Shown in pieces: positions 23,994-35,606 of a stretch of 64,000 nt of DNA (position 1 is the first letter of the stretch; each line of letters opens with the position of its first letter). This DNA is from an uncultured Gammaproteobacteria bacterium (GTDB lineage Bacteria > Patescibacteriota > Patescibacteriia > CAZGFX01), in NCBI GenBank assembly GCA_964524845.1, contig CAZGFX010000003.1, positions 31,051 to 95,050 on the forward strand. The letters are read 5' to 3'. Under the pieces are notes generated by a model, which saw only the letters and a program-made list of their open reading frames with translations, did not search any database and was not told where the DNA came from. The translations under genes and the position numbers were made by a program.

Positions 23994-24621
23994 GTGAAAA
24001 ATATTTTATAAGTCTAATACTATATACTATTTGATTAAACATCAATAGTTTGGTAACCCGCCCTGCAGACGAACGAAGTGAGTCGTGCAGGGAGCTATAC
24101 GCCCGTGAAAAATATATTCTAAATAAATAGTATTGAACCTTGAAAAAAACATCAATGGCTTGGTAACCCGAATATTACAAAATACTGCTCAATGATAATA
24201 TATTTTTTTATCTTTTTCAATACTATGGACTTTGAACTGTTTTATATTACTTGAAATATTTGAGACAAACGCGTTTTTAATAAAAAACGACACCTTCCAT
24301 AAAGAAAGATACCGTTCACGTATAGTGTTATTATTATATCTAATTTTATACTTTTGTCGAGATTATTTTGATTTTATAATCTCCATATACAACCAATAAA
24401 ACATTTTTAGAAACAAAAAACGCCAGATTTCGATAATTCACAAGCAAAAAATTAAAAACTCATACAAAATAAAAAATGTTAGATTTCGCAAAATCTAACA
24501 TTTTTTTAACAACAGAATATAATAACCAGACTACTGTCCCACTTCCGATCATCCGTCTGTACAGAGCGGACAATCTCGACCTGCTTCGTAAAAGCAAGTT
24601 TGCTTTCACACCATATATCCC

Positions 24622-26122
<1,501 letters not shown>

Positions 26123-26275
26123 CAAAACATCTGCCGCGAAAAAAATCGCGAAAGATATCAAATTTTGGTTTATAAAGGAATTGGGACCGTAATATCTCAA
26201 ACCAAGATATTGACGGTCTGGTTATTATATTCTGCTGTCAACGTACCAAATTGACCTCTTACGAAGTCGTGTGTG

Positions 26276-26303
26276 ATTTTAGCAAAAATAAGCTTCTAGT
26301 CAA
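26276..26303 (-). promoter_or_regulatory. sigma70 promoter for 16S
   Basis: TTGACT-N16-TAAAAT with TG extension. Confidence 0.65.
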
Positions 26304-26456
26304 TAGTATAGATGGGTAATCGACACTTTGTGCACAGTAAAACAGCTTATAAATAAGCAATTTTTTTCATATTGACTGTTTTTTTTAAAACAAATACCGT
26401 ATTATAAATAAAAAATAAAAACTTAAAATACTTATAACAAATAAAAAGGAGGTCTT

Positions 26457-26834
26457 ATGAATGATATTTTGCCTGAACAAGATTGTGTTATTTCAGAAAA
26501 AGTAAAAAAAGCAGTAAAACATGCGGACGGACTATTGTTCGTAAAAGTCACATCAAGAAACCCAAGGATAATGCCAGTTAAAAATGCAAGTAAAATATTT
26601 TTGTTTTTAACAGGCGACGATAAAAAACCAATTGAATTATCAATTTCAAATGTTTGTTCTATTCTTGGAAAAGACACGTTCAACACGCAAGATATGTGGC
26701 ATAATACATGCGAACAAGACACAAAAAAACTATGTCAAGAAGTTGCGAATCTTCTTGGAAAAGAAATATACCATCAAACCGGATTCGTTCAAGACAATGG
26801 TCTTAGCGCATTAGGTCCTTTTATTCCAGAATAA
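26457..26834 (+). CDS. hypothetical protein
   Basis: TTGACT-N17-TACCGT promoter, AAGGAGGT SD, terminator ~26850-26880. Confidence 0.7.
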   Translation: MNDILPEQDCVISEKVKKAVKHADGLLFVKVTSRNPRIMPVKNASKIFLFLTGDDKKPIELSISNVCSILGKDTFNTQDMWHNTCEQDTKKLCQEVANLLGKEIYHQTGFVQDNGLSALGPFIPE

Positions 26835-26935
26835 ACAATTTAATAAATAAACATCCTTCGATAAACTCAGGATGTTTTTTATTACAATCAAAATAATATT
26901 TTTAAAAGTAATTGTTCTATCCCTCACGTCATTTA

Positions 26936-27766
26936 TCAATCGATCTTCTTAATCAAACGAACGAGTGTTTTTGCTTTTATTCCATTGCCTTTATTATCTC
27001 TATTTGCGTCAAAAATGACCGTTTCTTTATTTTTTCTATTTTCTTCTCTCCATTTTTTTATCTTTGCATGATCGCCAGAAAGAAGCACATCAGGTACTGA
27101 TAATTTTTTATTTCCTATTTTAATCTCAGCCGGCTTCGTATACTGCGGATATTCGAGATAACCTTCGACACCATGCGACTCTTCATCAAGAGAACACTTC
27201 TCTCCTAGCACCCCGGGAACAAGCCGTGCCATCACATCAACAATAACGGCGGCGCCAAGCTCTCCTCCTGTCATAACATAATCACCAATACGAATCGCAC
27301 CATCAATACACTCATAAATTCGATGATCGACTCCTTCATATCTTCCGCAAATCAAAATAATCCGATCATATTTTTTCACAAAATGACAAGCTGTTTTTTG
27401 ATTAAAAGAATCACCGTTCGCAGCAAGAAGGAAGATACCCGTCCTCATGAGGGCGCGCGCGGACTTTTCTGTCCGTAGAGATTTTTCCATCTTATGAAAT
27501 TTTTTCCAAGCTTGTGATCCATATGGACGAAGCTTTTTGAGTGTTTTGTATATCACGTCGAAAGAGATGATCATTCCAGCACCGCCGCCATATGGAGTGT
27601 CATCAACATGTCTATATCGTCCTTTCCCAAATTCGCGCATATCATGAAAATATAACTGTATTTTCTTCTCTTTCCGCGCGCGCCCTAGAATAGACTCGTT
27701 TATATATGAATCAAGTGAATGAGGGAACAACGTAACTATATCGAACCGCAAAGATTTCTTTTTCAT
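26936..27766 (-). CDS. trmD: tRNA (guanine37-N1)-methyltransferase
   Basis: VDDTPYGGGAGM, CGRYEGVD, IGDYVMTGGE, LEYPQYT, LLSGDH. Confidence 0.98.
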   Translation of the reverse strand: MKKKSLRFDIVTLFPHSLDSYINESILGRARKEKKIQLYFHDMREFGKGRYRHVDDTPYGGGAGMIISFDVIYKTLKKLRPYGSQAWKKFHKMEKSLRTEKSARALMRTGIFLLAANGDSFNQKTACHFVKKYDRIILICGRYEGVDHRIYECIDGAIRIGDYVMTGGELGAAVIVDVMARLVPGVLGEKCSLDEESHGVEGYLEYPQYTKPAEIKIGNKKLSVPDVLLSGDHAKIKKWREENRKNKETVIFDANRDNKGNGIKAKTLVRLIKKID

Positions 27767-27867
27767 ATACTAATGGTATAAAAAAAACGAGACATTGTCA
27801 CCCACACAACTAATTCGCAATTTAAAAAGAAAAATTGTATAATATAGGTACAATAATAAAAACAATT

Positions 27868-28701
27868 ATGAAACCTCTTCCACACGTATTGATATTAATA
27901 AAAAGATCATTGGAGCTGATATTTGAATATCCGAAAATAAGTTTTTTCTTTGGAGGTGTTCTTGCCATTCTTTCTTCAAAGACATTTACTCAATATATTA
28001 TGAATGGTGGCACAAACACCCCAAAAGGAATCGAACAAACAATATTCGTTATCGTTATAATGACAATTCTTTATTTAATTTTTTCTCTCTCGTTGCTCGT
28101 TTTCACAGGTAATGAGAAAAAAGAGGACAGCAACGCGACACGAGAGGAGTGTTTTTGTGTACTTATTCGTAACGCTCTTTTTATTATTCCAAAATTCATA
28201 GGAACAATATTTATGAGTATTTGGTATGTAGCGACCATGGCTTGGCCATATCTTATTGCCGGATCTTTGGCAATGATTCTTGCTTATGCTTATGGATTTA
28301 CCGCCTCTACCGCTCCGACAATGCCATTGGTTCAACTTCTTTTTACATCCGGGTTCATACTTGTTTGTATTTCATCAGCATACTACGGACTCAAAACATT
28401 TTTTGCCAGTATTGATGCAATTGCCGGAAAACAACCATCTTCTTGCATGGTTCATGTCACACGAAGTGTTGCAATGACACAACATCGTCTATGGGAACTG
28501 TTTCTTGATTTGACTGCGTTTGTTCTTATTATTGCAACAAGTATTTCAATTATTGCGTTTATATTTGTATCAATTATTGGTAATGATCCTGATATTGATC
28601 TATATATTGATATTTTTGACACATTTATAAATACACTGCTTCTTCCACTTCATATATACTTCTTGTATTTCCTATACAAAAAATATCGCGATTCACAATA
28701 A
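27868..28701 (+). CDS. multi-pass membrane protein
   Basis: about 6 TM segments. Confidence 0.7.
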   Translation: MKPLPHVLILIKRSLELIFEYPKISFFFGGVLAILSSKTFTQYIMNGGTNTPKGIEQTIFVIVIMTILYLIFSLSLLVFTGNEKKEDSNATREECFCVLIRNALFIIPKFIGTIFMSIWYVATMAWPYLIAGSLAMILAYAYGFTASTAPTMPLVQLLFTSGFILVCISSAYYGLKTFFASIDAIAGKQPSSCMVHVTRSVAMTQHRLWELFLDLTAFVLIIATSISIIAFIFVSIIGNDPDIDLYIDIFDTFINTLLLPLHIYFLYFLYKKYRDSQ

Positions 28702-28788
28702 TTGTTTTTTAATCTGACAAAAAGGATATTGAAAAACAAAAAAACACCCTTCGATAAACGAAAGGTGTTTTTGTAATGATTAAGTTTT

Positions 28789-29079
28789 TTATTCTTCATC
28801 ATCACCGACAATCTGACCACCGTCAGGCTTGTTCGGCTCGTATATTTTCAGGTTTACACGAGCATTATGGCGTGCACCAAACACACGTGCAAGTGTTCTG
28901 ATCGCACGTGCTGTTCGACCCATACGACCGATAATCTGACCCATATCAGCCTGGTTCAAATGCAACGTGATAAGAACACCTCGCTCATCAACTGTGCGTT
29001 CGGTCTTTACGTCATTCGGATTATCAACTAGAGGCTTAATAATATCCTCCACGTATTTTTGATCTACTTCCAATGCCAT
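28789..29079 (-). CDS. khpA: KH-domain RNA-binding protein KhpA
   Basis: DMGQIIGRMGRTARAIRT; position between rpsP and trmD. Confidence 0.9.
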   Translation of the reverse strand: MALEVDQKYVEDIIKPLVDNPNDVKTERTVDERGVLITLHLNQADMGQIIGRMGRTARAIRTLARVFGARHNARVNLKIYEPNKPDGGQIVGDDEE

Positions 29080-29273
29080 ATGCTTTTTTGATCTTATCTG
29101 TTTAGTATACGGAGCCTTAAAAAAATAAAACTCCAAGTCAATTATACACTAAATAATGAAATACGTCAAGTGTCAAGAATCTGAATATCAACAAGTAATC
29201 AACAAGTGTTTTTTTACAACAAAAAACAGAGATTCATTTGGAAATGCTTCTCTGTTTTTAAAAGAAAAAACTA

Positions 29274-30410
29274 TCAATCATTCAACAATATAAACTCACC
29301 ATTAATTACTTTTTGAAACCGGTAGGTCAAACCAGAGATATCTCCATCTGAATTAAAACCATATTGCCCTAATCCACCATTATAAGCTTTTAAACTAGCT
29401 ATATAATCTTTTAATTTATCCGTATTTAGACCATTTTTTTTAATTCCTTCATATATAATATTCACTGCATCATATGCAGCAACTGTATTATATGGATATA
29501 CGGTCTGATGGCCATATTTTTTTTCAAAATGAGAAAGAACTTCTTTTGCCAAAGGATTATTGGGGAACGGCAGATTAATAGCAATGACTCCATCCGAAAA
29601 ATTACCAGCCGCCTCTAAAAAAGCAGGAGTTAAATGATATGCTAAAAATATCTGTTTTTTTAAATCAAGTTCCCCTGCCTGTTTTACAAAAAGACCAGCA
29701 ATTTTTGGTGTATTAGGATTAACAAAAATGGCATCAATCTCTAGGGATTTAAGTTTGGTAATAACAGAACGGTAATCAAAAGAATTAAGTGGTATTTCCT
29801 CATCAAAAACAACAGTGCCATTTAAATTAGAAAACTCTCTAATGAAAGAGTTCTTAAAACCCCTAGAATAATCTGTTGGTTCGGAAATAACGGCAATTTT
29901 CTTATAACTATTATTTAAGACGTAACGAGCAAGCTCTTTACCAGTAACAGAATCGCTTGCCGCATTTCTAAAAACAAAATCACTTGCACCAGTAATATCA
30001 GGGCTCGACGCACCAGAAGATAATACTAACACCTTGTTTTCATCTACAATCGGCACAATTGAAGAAATTTCACTACTACAACCACCACCAATAATTATTT
30101 TTACATTATCAATATTGATTAGTTTTTGAGCTGCACTGACCGAGAGTTTAGAATCGATGCATTTTCCATCTTCGTATATTACTTTTAATTGTTTACCATT
30201 TACACCACCCTCACTGTTGATTTTTTCTACAGCAATTTCTACGCCCCCTTTCATTGCTTCTCCATAATCAGGATCTACACCCGTAAGAGAACCTATGAAT
30301 CCGATTCGAACTTCTTGTGAATTTTGACGAGTGGAAATAAAAGCTATAAAAAAAATAACCAAAATTAAAAGACCAACAACTAATAATAAATTCTTCTTAA
30401 CAAATGACAT
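29274..30410 (-). CDS. ABC transporter substrate-binding protein (LivJ/Peripla_BP_6-like)
   Basis: IGFIGSLTG, INSEGGVNGK, IIGGGCSS motifs; no permease adjacent. Confidence 0.85.
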   Translation of the reverse strand: MSFVKKNLLLVVGLLILVIFFIAFISTRQNSQEVRIGFIGSLTGVDPDYGEAMKGGVEIAVEKINSEGGVNGKQLKVIYEDGKCIDSKLSVSAAQKLINIDNVKIIIGGGCSSEISSIVPIVDENKVLVLSSGASSPDITGASDFVFRNAASDSVTGKELARYVLNNSYKKIAVISEPTDYSRGFKNSFIREFSNLNGTVVFDEEIPLNSFDYRSVITKLKSLEIDAIFVNPNTPKIAGLFVKQAGELDLKKQIFLAYHLTPAFLEAAGNFSDGVIAINLPFPNNPLAKEVLSHFEKKYGHQTVYPYNTVAAYDAVNIIYEGIKKNGLNTDKLKDYIASLKAYNGGLGQYGFNSDGDISGLTYRFQKVINGEFILLND

Positions 30411-30558
30411 AACTGTTTTTTAAAAATATTTATCTGCCACTAAGTGGTGTAAGTTTATCATTTTGTTAAAAATTAACAAATTATATAAACAAAAAACAGA
30501 GATTCATTAAAAATGTTTCTCTGTTTTCTTAAATATTAGATTCTTGTTTTGGTCTCTA

Positions 30559-30741
30559 TTATTCTTTTGGTTGTTCTGGTGTTTGTTCCTCAGAAGAAGC
30601 TCCTTCAACAACTGGTTGTGCACTCATTTCAGTTGTTTCTGTTTCTGTGGTCTCATGACCAGCTTCTACGTTGGTTTGTACTTTTTCTTCGGCTACGTTT
30701 CCTGCGGTTACAGGATTCTGTGTATTCTGTTCTTCTGTCAT
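30559..30741 (-). CDS. acidic microprotein resembling the S16 C-terminal tail
   Basis: ends SEEQTPEQPKE vs SEEQTPEQSKE in rpsP; has its own leader and terminator. Confidence 0.5.
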   Translation of the reverse strand: MTEEQNTQNPVTAGNVAEEKVQTNVEAGHETTETETTEMSAQPVVEGASSEEQTPEQPKE

Positions 30742-30950
30742 ATTTTTTTGTTACTGATTATACGGAGCCTTAAAGACAATAAAACTCCTGATCGATTATA
30801 CACAAAACTATGAAATAAGCTAATTATTTAAATAATTTATGTAAAAACAAACCTTATAAATTAGTATATGGGTAAATAATCTATAATTTTTTTATTTAAA
30901 AACAGAGAGACACTGAATTTGTTCCTCTGTTTTTAAAAAATATCCTCTTC

Positions 30951-31568
30951 TTATTCCGGTTTCTCTTCTTCTTTAGGAGTTTCTTCTTTTGATTGTTCTG
31001 GTGTTTGTTCCTCTGAAGCTTTTTCTTCAACGATAGGTTCTTCTACAACTGAAGGTGTTTCAGCAACAGGTTGTTCTTGGGTTTTTTCTTCAACAACAAC
31101 TTGTTCTTCTGTCTTTGCTTCCTCAGCTACGCGAGCAGCTTCTGCATCGGATTTTGCTTTTTCTTCTGCCTCCTTCTTAGCTACTTCAGCATCGCGCTTT
31201 GCTTGTTCCTCAGCTTCTTTTGCAGCAATTGCCGCTTCTTTTTTCGCTTGTTCCGCTTCTTCAGCTTTCTTCTTTTCTTCAACGATGAGATTCTTGCGAC
31301 GGGTTGTCATTGTAATTACATTCTTCTTCTCTCCTTTTATAATTCCTTGATTAACGAGCATATTATGCATCGAATCCGAAGGTTGGGCGCCTTTCCTAAT
31401 CCACTCTTGAATTCTTTCTGTTTTCAAAACAACTTGTTTTGTTCGAGGATCATAATTTCCTACAATCTCAATATAATCTCCCCATGGATCTTTTGCTTTA
31501 TCCTGGACGATTATTCTATATGTTGGTTTCTTACGGCGACCAACTCTTGTCATTCTTATAACTACCAT
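30951..31568 (-). CDS. rpsP: 30S ribosomal protein S16 with long acidic C-terminal extension
   Basis: IRMTRVGRRKKPTYRIIV, GNYDP, WIRKGAQPS. Confidence 0.97.
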   Translation of the reverse strand: MVVIRMTRVGRRKKPTYRIIVQDKAKDPWGDYIEIVGNYDPRTKQVVLKTERIQEWIRKGAQPSDSMHNMLVNQGIIKGEKKNVITMTTRRKNLIVEEKKKAEEAEQAKKEAAIAAKEAEEQAKRDAEVAKKEAEEKAKSDAEAARVAEEAKTEEQVVVEEKTQEQPVAETPSVVEEPIVEEKASEEQTPEQSKEETPKEEEKPE

Positions 31569-31803
31569 ACCTAAATTTAGTTAAACTAGCCTAAAAATTA
31601 ATTAAAGACAGAGGAATAATAGAGAGTGAAATGAGTTTTGTCAATAATAAGCCATCTACATGTTACGAAACAACCTTCCGTATCGTATAATCGTATATAA
31701 TAGTATATAAAGACTGAAAAATATTGATTATTTAGAAAAAACGCTCTTATCTATCTAAAAACCTCTGTTTACAAGATTTTTTTAACTTAAACACAACTAG
31801 GGC

Positions 31804-31832
31804 TTGACAAATCCAACCAAATAGTATATCAT
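31804..31832 (+). promoter_or_regulatory. sigma70 promoter
   Basis: TTGACA-N17-TATCAT, ~240 nt upstream of the 32076 start. Confidence 0.7.
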
Positions 31833-32075
31833 TATAAGATTTAAAAGTAATTTAAATAACACACACTAATCGAGAAGTTGGTGTGAAAACAATAAACGAA
31901 AACAAGGCATAGAATTTTATGAGGCGGAAGTAAATTACATTTTTTAAACCCGTCCTGATGGATAACTTCATCGGGACAGGAATAAAGAAAATAATTAACA
32001 GTATTTAAAAACAGACATCGCTTTAGTTGTGCGGTGTCAAAAACTTAAAACGTGCCAAAAGCACAGGAGGTTACT

Positions 32076-34469
32076 ATGTTAACTCGTACATTAAAAACAA
32101 TTGGAATGATTGTTTTGTTTGCTCTGTTAGTCGGAGCTTATAAGACAAAGAGTTTCGGTCAGACAGTATCGATAACGAAAGATGTTTCCTTAGGAAATAA
32201 CAATATCGTTGCCGGTTCGGTATCTGCCGCTCTCGGACAATTTTTCGTTCGTGCGAACGCCGATAGTATTGCTGTTGAAAGCATTACGATCGGAACAGGA
32301 ACTACGAACACCTTTCCCTACAGTGTCGGAAATATAAACGCATTCGCTGGAAACAAAATTTCCAACGTACGTTTATATAAGTGGACGGGTTCTGTTTGGT
32401 CGCAAGTCGGACCAACGATATCAACTCCTTCCACATCACCAGTTTTTTCAGGATTAGGACTGCTCGTACCAGCGAACGATAGTGTTCGCATCAGAATAAT
32501 TGGAAACATTGCTGTCAGTGGTGTTTCTGAATCTGTCTTGCAATTAGGGGACGAAACTGTCACTGGAACAATAATCAGCTCTGGTAATCCGTACCAAACG
32601 GAATGCCTGACTGATTTGCAACAGATGATGATAAGTGTAGAACCCGGTCAGCTCACAGCGAGTATCGATCATACATCAGGACCAGCTAGTCAGATTCTTG
32701 TGGCAAGTGAGACGTATGCGACAATTGCTGATATGAAATTTTCAGCAAACATCGTAGAAAATATTGAATTGACGAAGATTGTTGTAGGCGGACTTGGTTT
32801 CTCAACCAATGTTACCCGTGTATATTTATATGACGGGGCTACGAAGATTGGTGAACAGCCTCTCACGCTCGATCCGGCAACAAGCGAGTATTACGCTGTC
32901 TTTGACAGTATGAATATAGCCATCTCAAAAGGATCATCAAAAATATTGACCTTAAAAGTCGATATTTCGGCAATTCAAGCACTCGCTACAAATTCCGAAT
33001 CCACACGATATCTCGCTCCGTTTATTATGTCAGCCGACGCCATTGGTATTGAATCGGTTTTACCGATAAAAGCATCGATGACACCTGTTAATGCAGATAA
33101 CTTTGCTCCCAATGGAACTCAGTCTTCTGTGTTTTATGAATTTGTTTATTCATCAGACGCTTTAAGCGGAACGACATATCCGACATTCGGATTTACAACA
33201 AATACAGATAATTTCACTAGTGGTAATGTTGTGTTAAATGGCGTTACAACTCTTTGGGATTCGACTAATAGAATTTCAAGACTTGGTTATGCAGATGCGA
33301 CAAGCACAACCGCTAATGTCAATTACGACGTAGGGGATATAGTGTATGTATATGACGGAAATGGTTTGGTAAAAGGAGCTGGGTTTGCAATCGTAAAAGT
33401 TCCTGTTGCTATAGGACAAGGACTTTCAGGTATTTGTATTAATCGCTTAATTGGCGACGATGTCGGACTTGGTGGAACTACGCCGAGTGTAAACATATTG
33501 GTAATTAATATAACGAAGAATACCAGTAACACACCCGGATCTCTCTATTTGTATCCTCGTATTGCGCCACGACCTTTCAGGTGTGACGATGTTGAAATCG
33601 GATTATCAAATGCGATGACAAACACTACACTGCCTCCTCAGGCTAATCAGATGATCGGGAGGTTCAACGTACAAGCCAGATGGCAACGCGATCTGACGAT
33701 TTCTAAAATCAAGGTTGTGGTAAACGGAGATAATAATCCGTTTTCGCCATACACTGTTGGCGCCATTTGTTCGAACGACGATCAAAGTGGGTGCAAGGTG
33801 AATAGCCTTGTATTAAAAGATGCGAACGATGTAGTTGTTCCTTCTGTTATCTCTTATTATATAGTTGATAACAAGATTGAGTTCGAACTTGTTGGTCCGA
33901 TTACGATCACCCAAGGACAATCGAAGGAGTTTCGGGTTTATGCGAACACATCGAACGTCAAAATGAACGGAAATGGCGTTCCTGTTACTTCTCAGGTTAA
34001 TCTTACAACTCAGATTCCTGGTGAACCCGGACCATTCCCTTGGATACAAGGTGGTATAATCGGATCATATGTTTCGGCATACGATAATTCAACAACAGTT
34101 GTTCTTGATATATCAGACGATCTTCCTCTTTATGGAGCAACTATTTCGTACGGTGGGTCAACTGATATTAAAGAAGGTGTTACACCGAAAGTAATCCGTC
34201 TCAATCAGAACTATCCGAACCCGTTCAATCCGACCACAACCATCAGTTATGAACTTCCGATCTCCGGTGTTGTAAGCGTCAAAGTATATAACACGCTTGG
34301 TCAGGAAGTACGAACTCTTGTGAACAATTCTGCTAAAATGGCAGGATTTCACTCGGTAACGTGGGATGGTAAAGATAACTCAGGAAAAGAGGTTTCAAGC
34401 GGAATATACTTATACCGCTTACAAACCGGAAACACCATAATTAACAAAAAAATGTTGTTCGTGAAGTAA
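32076..34469 (+). CDS. large secreted Ig-rich protein with FlgD-Ig/T9SS type A-like C-terminal sorting domain
   Basis: signal peptide ending ...KSFGQ; C-terminus LNQNYPNPFNPTTTISYELP...WDGKD..G.EVSSGIYLYRL...KKMLFVK; AGGAGG SD. Confidence 0.85.
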   Translation: MLTRTLKTIGMIVLFALLVGAYKTKSFGQTVSITKDVSLGNNNIVAGSVSAALGQFFVRANADSIAVESITIGTGTTNTFPYSVGNINAFAGNKISNVRLYKWTGSVWSQVGPTISTPSTSPVFSGLGLLVPANDSVRIRIIGNIAVSGVSESVLQLGDETVTGTIISSGNPYQTECLTDLQQMMISVEPGQLTASIDHTSGPASQILVASETYATIADMKFSANIVENIELTKIVVGGLGFSTNVTRVYLYDGATKIGEQPLTLDPATSEYYAVFDSMNIAISKGSSKILTLKVDISAIQALATNSESTRYLAPFIMSADAIGIESVLPIKASMTPVNADNFAPNGTQSSVFYEFVYSSDALSGTTYPTFGFTTNTDNFTSGNVVLNGVTTLWDSTNRISRLGYADATSTTANVNYDVGDIVYVYDGNGLVKGAGFAIVKVPVAIGQGLSGICINRLIGDDVGLGGTTPSVNILVINITKNTSNTPGSLYLYPRIAPRPFRCDDVEIGLSNAMTNTTLPPQANQMIGRFNVQARWQRDLTISKIKVVVNGDNNPFSPYTVGAICSNDDQSGCKVNSLVLKDANDVVVPSVISYYIVDNKIEFELVGPITITQGQSKEFRVYANTSNVKMNGNGVPVTSQVNLTTQIPGEPGPFPWIQGGIIGSYVSAYDNSTTVVLDISDDLPLYGATISYGGSTDIKEGVTPKVIRLNQNYPNPFNPTTTISYELPISGVVSVKVYNTLGQEVRTLVNNSAKMAGFHSVTWDGKDNSGKEVSSGIYLYRLQTGNTIINKKMLFVK

Positions 34470-34559
34470 AAACACTTCGCAAAACAACAAAAAAGTTTAT
34501 TAACTTTAACACTCGCCCTGATAGAATTATCTATCGGGGCAAGAATAAAGAAAATTCAA

Positions 34560-34592
34560 ACCGCCGAGAACAAAGTCTCGGCGGATTTTTTA
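34560..34592. terminator. bidirectional intrinsic terminator
   Basis: CCGCCGAGA-loop-TCTCGGCGG followed by T run, between convergent genes. Confidence 0.75.
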
Positions 34593-34612
34593 TTTTCCAA
34601 AAAAATCATTTC

Positions 34613-35605
34613 TTATTCCGCCAATTTTATAATACGAGAAATAAGTTTTTTATAAGAAACTCCTTCTGCTTCCATAAGCATCGGATACATTGATATATTG
34701 GTAAAGCCGGGAAGCGTATTGATTTCATTTATATATACATTGTTATTTTTAAGAAAAAAATCTATCCTGGCAAATCCAGTACAATCACAAAGCTTATATA
34801 CACGACTGGCTAAATCCCTTATTTCTTTCTCCTGTTTTTTCGTTATTTGCGCAGGAATCTGTGTCTTAGTCATTCCTTTTTTATATTTGTCATCATAATC
34901 ATAAAACTCTTTCGTAAGAATCAATTCTCCCGGACAAGAAATAACCAAATCATTGTTTCCAAGAACAGCAACCTCAAGCTCTCTATGACCGACAAGACCT
35001 TCTTCTATTATAATCTTTGAATCATGTTGATAAGCTTCGTGTATAGCGTAATTAATTTTCGAAAAATTACTGATTTTTGTAATTCCAACTGAAGAACCAG
35101 AATTTGCTGGTTTGACATACAAAGGAAATGAAAAACTGTTTTTAATTTCTTTTAGAATTCCGGTGATTTCGCTTTTTGAATTTCGAATAAAATCAATTAT
35201 TTTAAATTTTGTTTGTGGAACAAGATGTCCTAAAAGATGAGCTTTAAAAACGCCCTTATCCATACATAATGCGGAACTTAAAACACGACAACCACAATAC
35301 GGAATCTTTTGAATTTCAAACAATGATTGCAAAATTCCATCTTCTCCATATTTTCCATGTGTTACAGGAAATGCGATATCAAAATATTTTTTGAAATTAC
35401 TTGGTGTTATTTCTTTTCTTTCACTTATGTCCTTATATTTATCAATCGATTTTACTATAAAAAAACCTCCTTTTTTGTCCCAAAAAACACAAATTGGAAT
35501 ATATTTGTTTTTATCAATGTTTTTATAAACATTCTGAGCAGACGATAAAGAAACGTCAAACTCATTACTCATTCCACCAAAAAATATTCCTATCTTTTTT
35601 TTCAT
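34613..35605 (-). CDS. ddl: D-alanine--D-alanine ligase
   Basis: HGKYGEDG, VKPANSGSSVG, FYDYDDKY, NEINTLPGFT. Confidence 0.97.
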   Translation of the reverse strand: MKKKIGIFFGGMSNEFDVSLSSAQNVYKNIDKNKYIPICVFWDKKGGFFIVKSIDKYKDISERKEITPSNFKKYFDIAFPVTHGKYGEDGILQSLFEIQKIPYCGCRVLSSALCMDKGVFKAHLLGHLVPQTKFKIIDFIRNSKSEITGILKEIKNSFSFPLYVKPANSGSSVGITKISNFSKINYAIHEAYQHDSKIIIEEGLVGHRELEVAVLGNNDLVISCPGELILTKEFYDYDDKYKKGMTKTQIPAQITKKQEKEIRDLASRVYKLCDCTGFARIDFFLKNNNVYINEINTLPGFTNISMYPMLMEAEGVSYKKLISRIIKLAE

Positions 35606-35606
35606 A

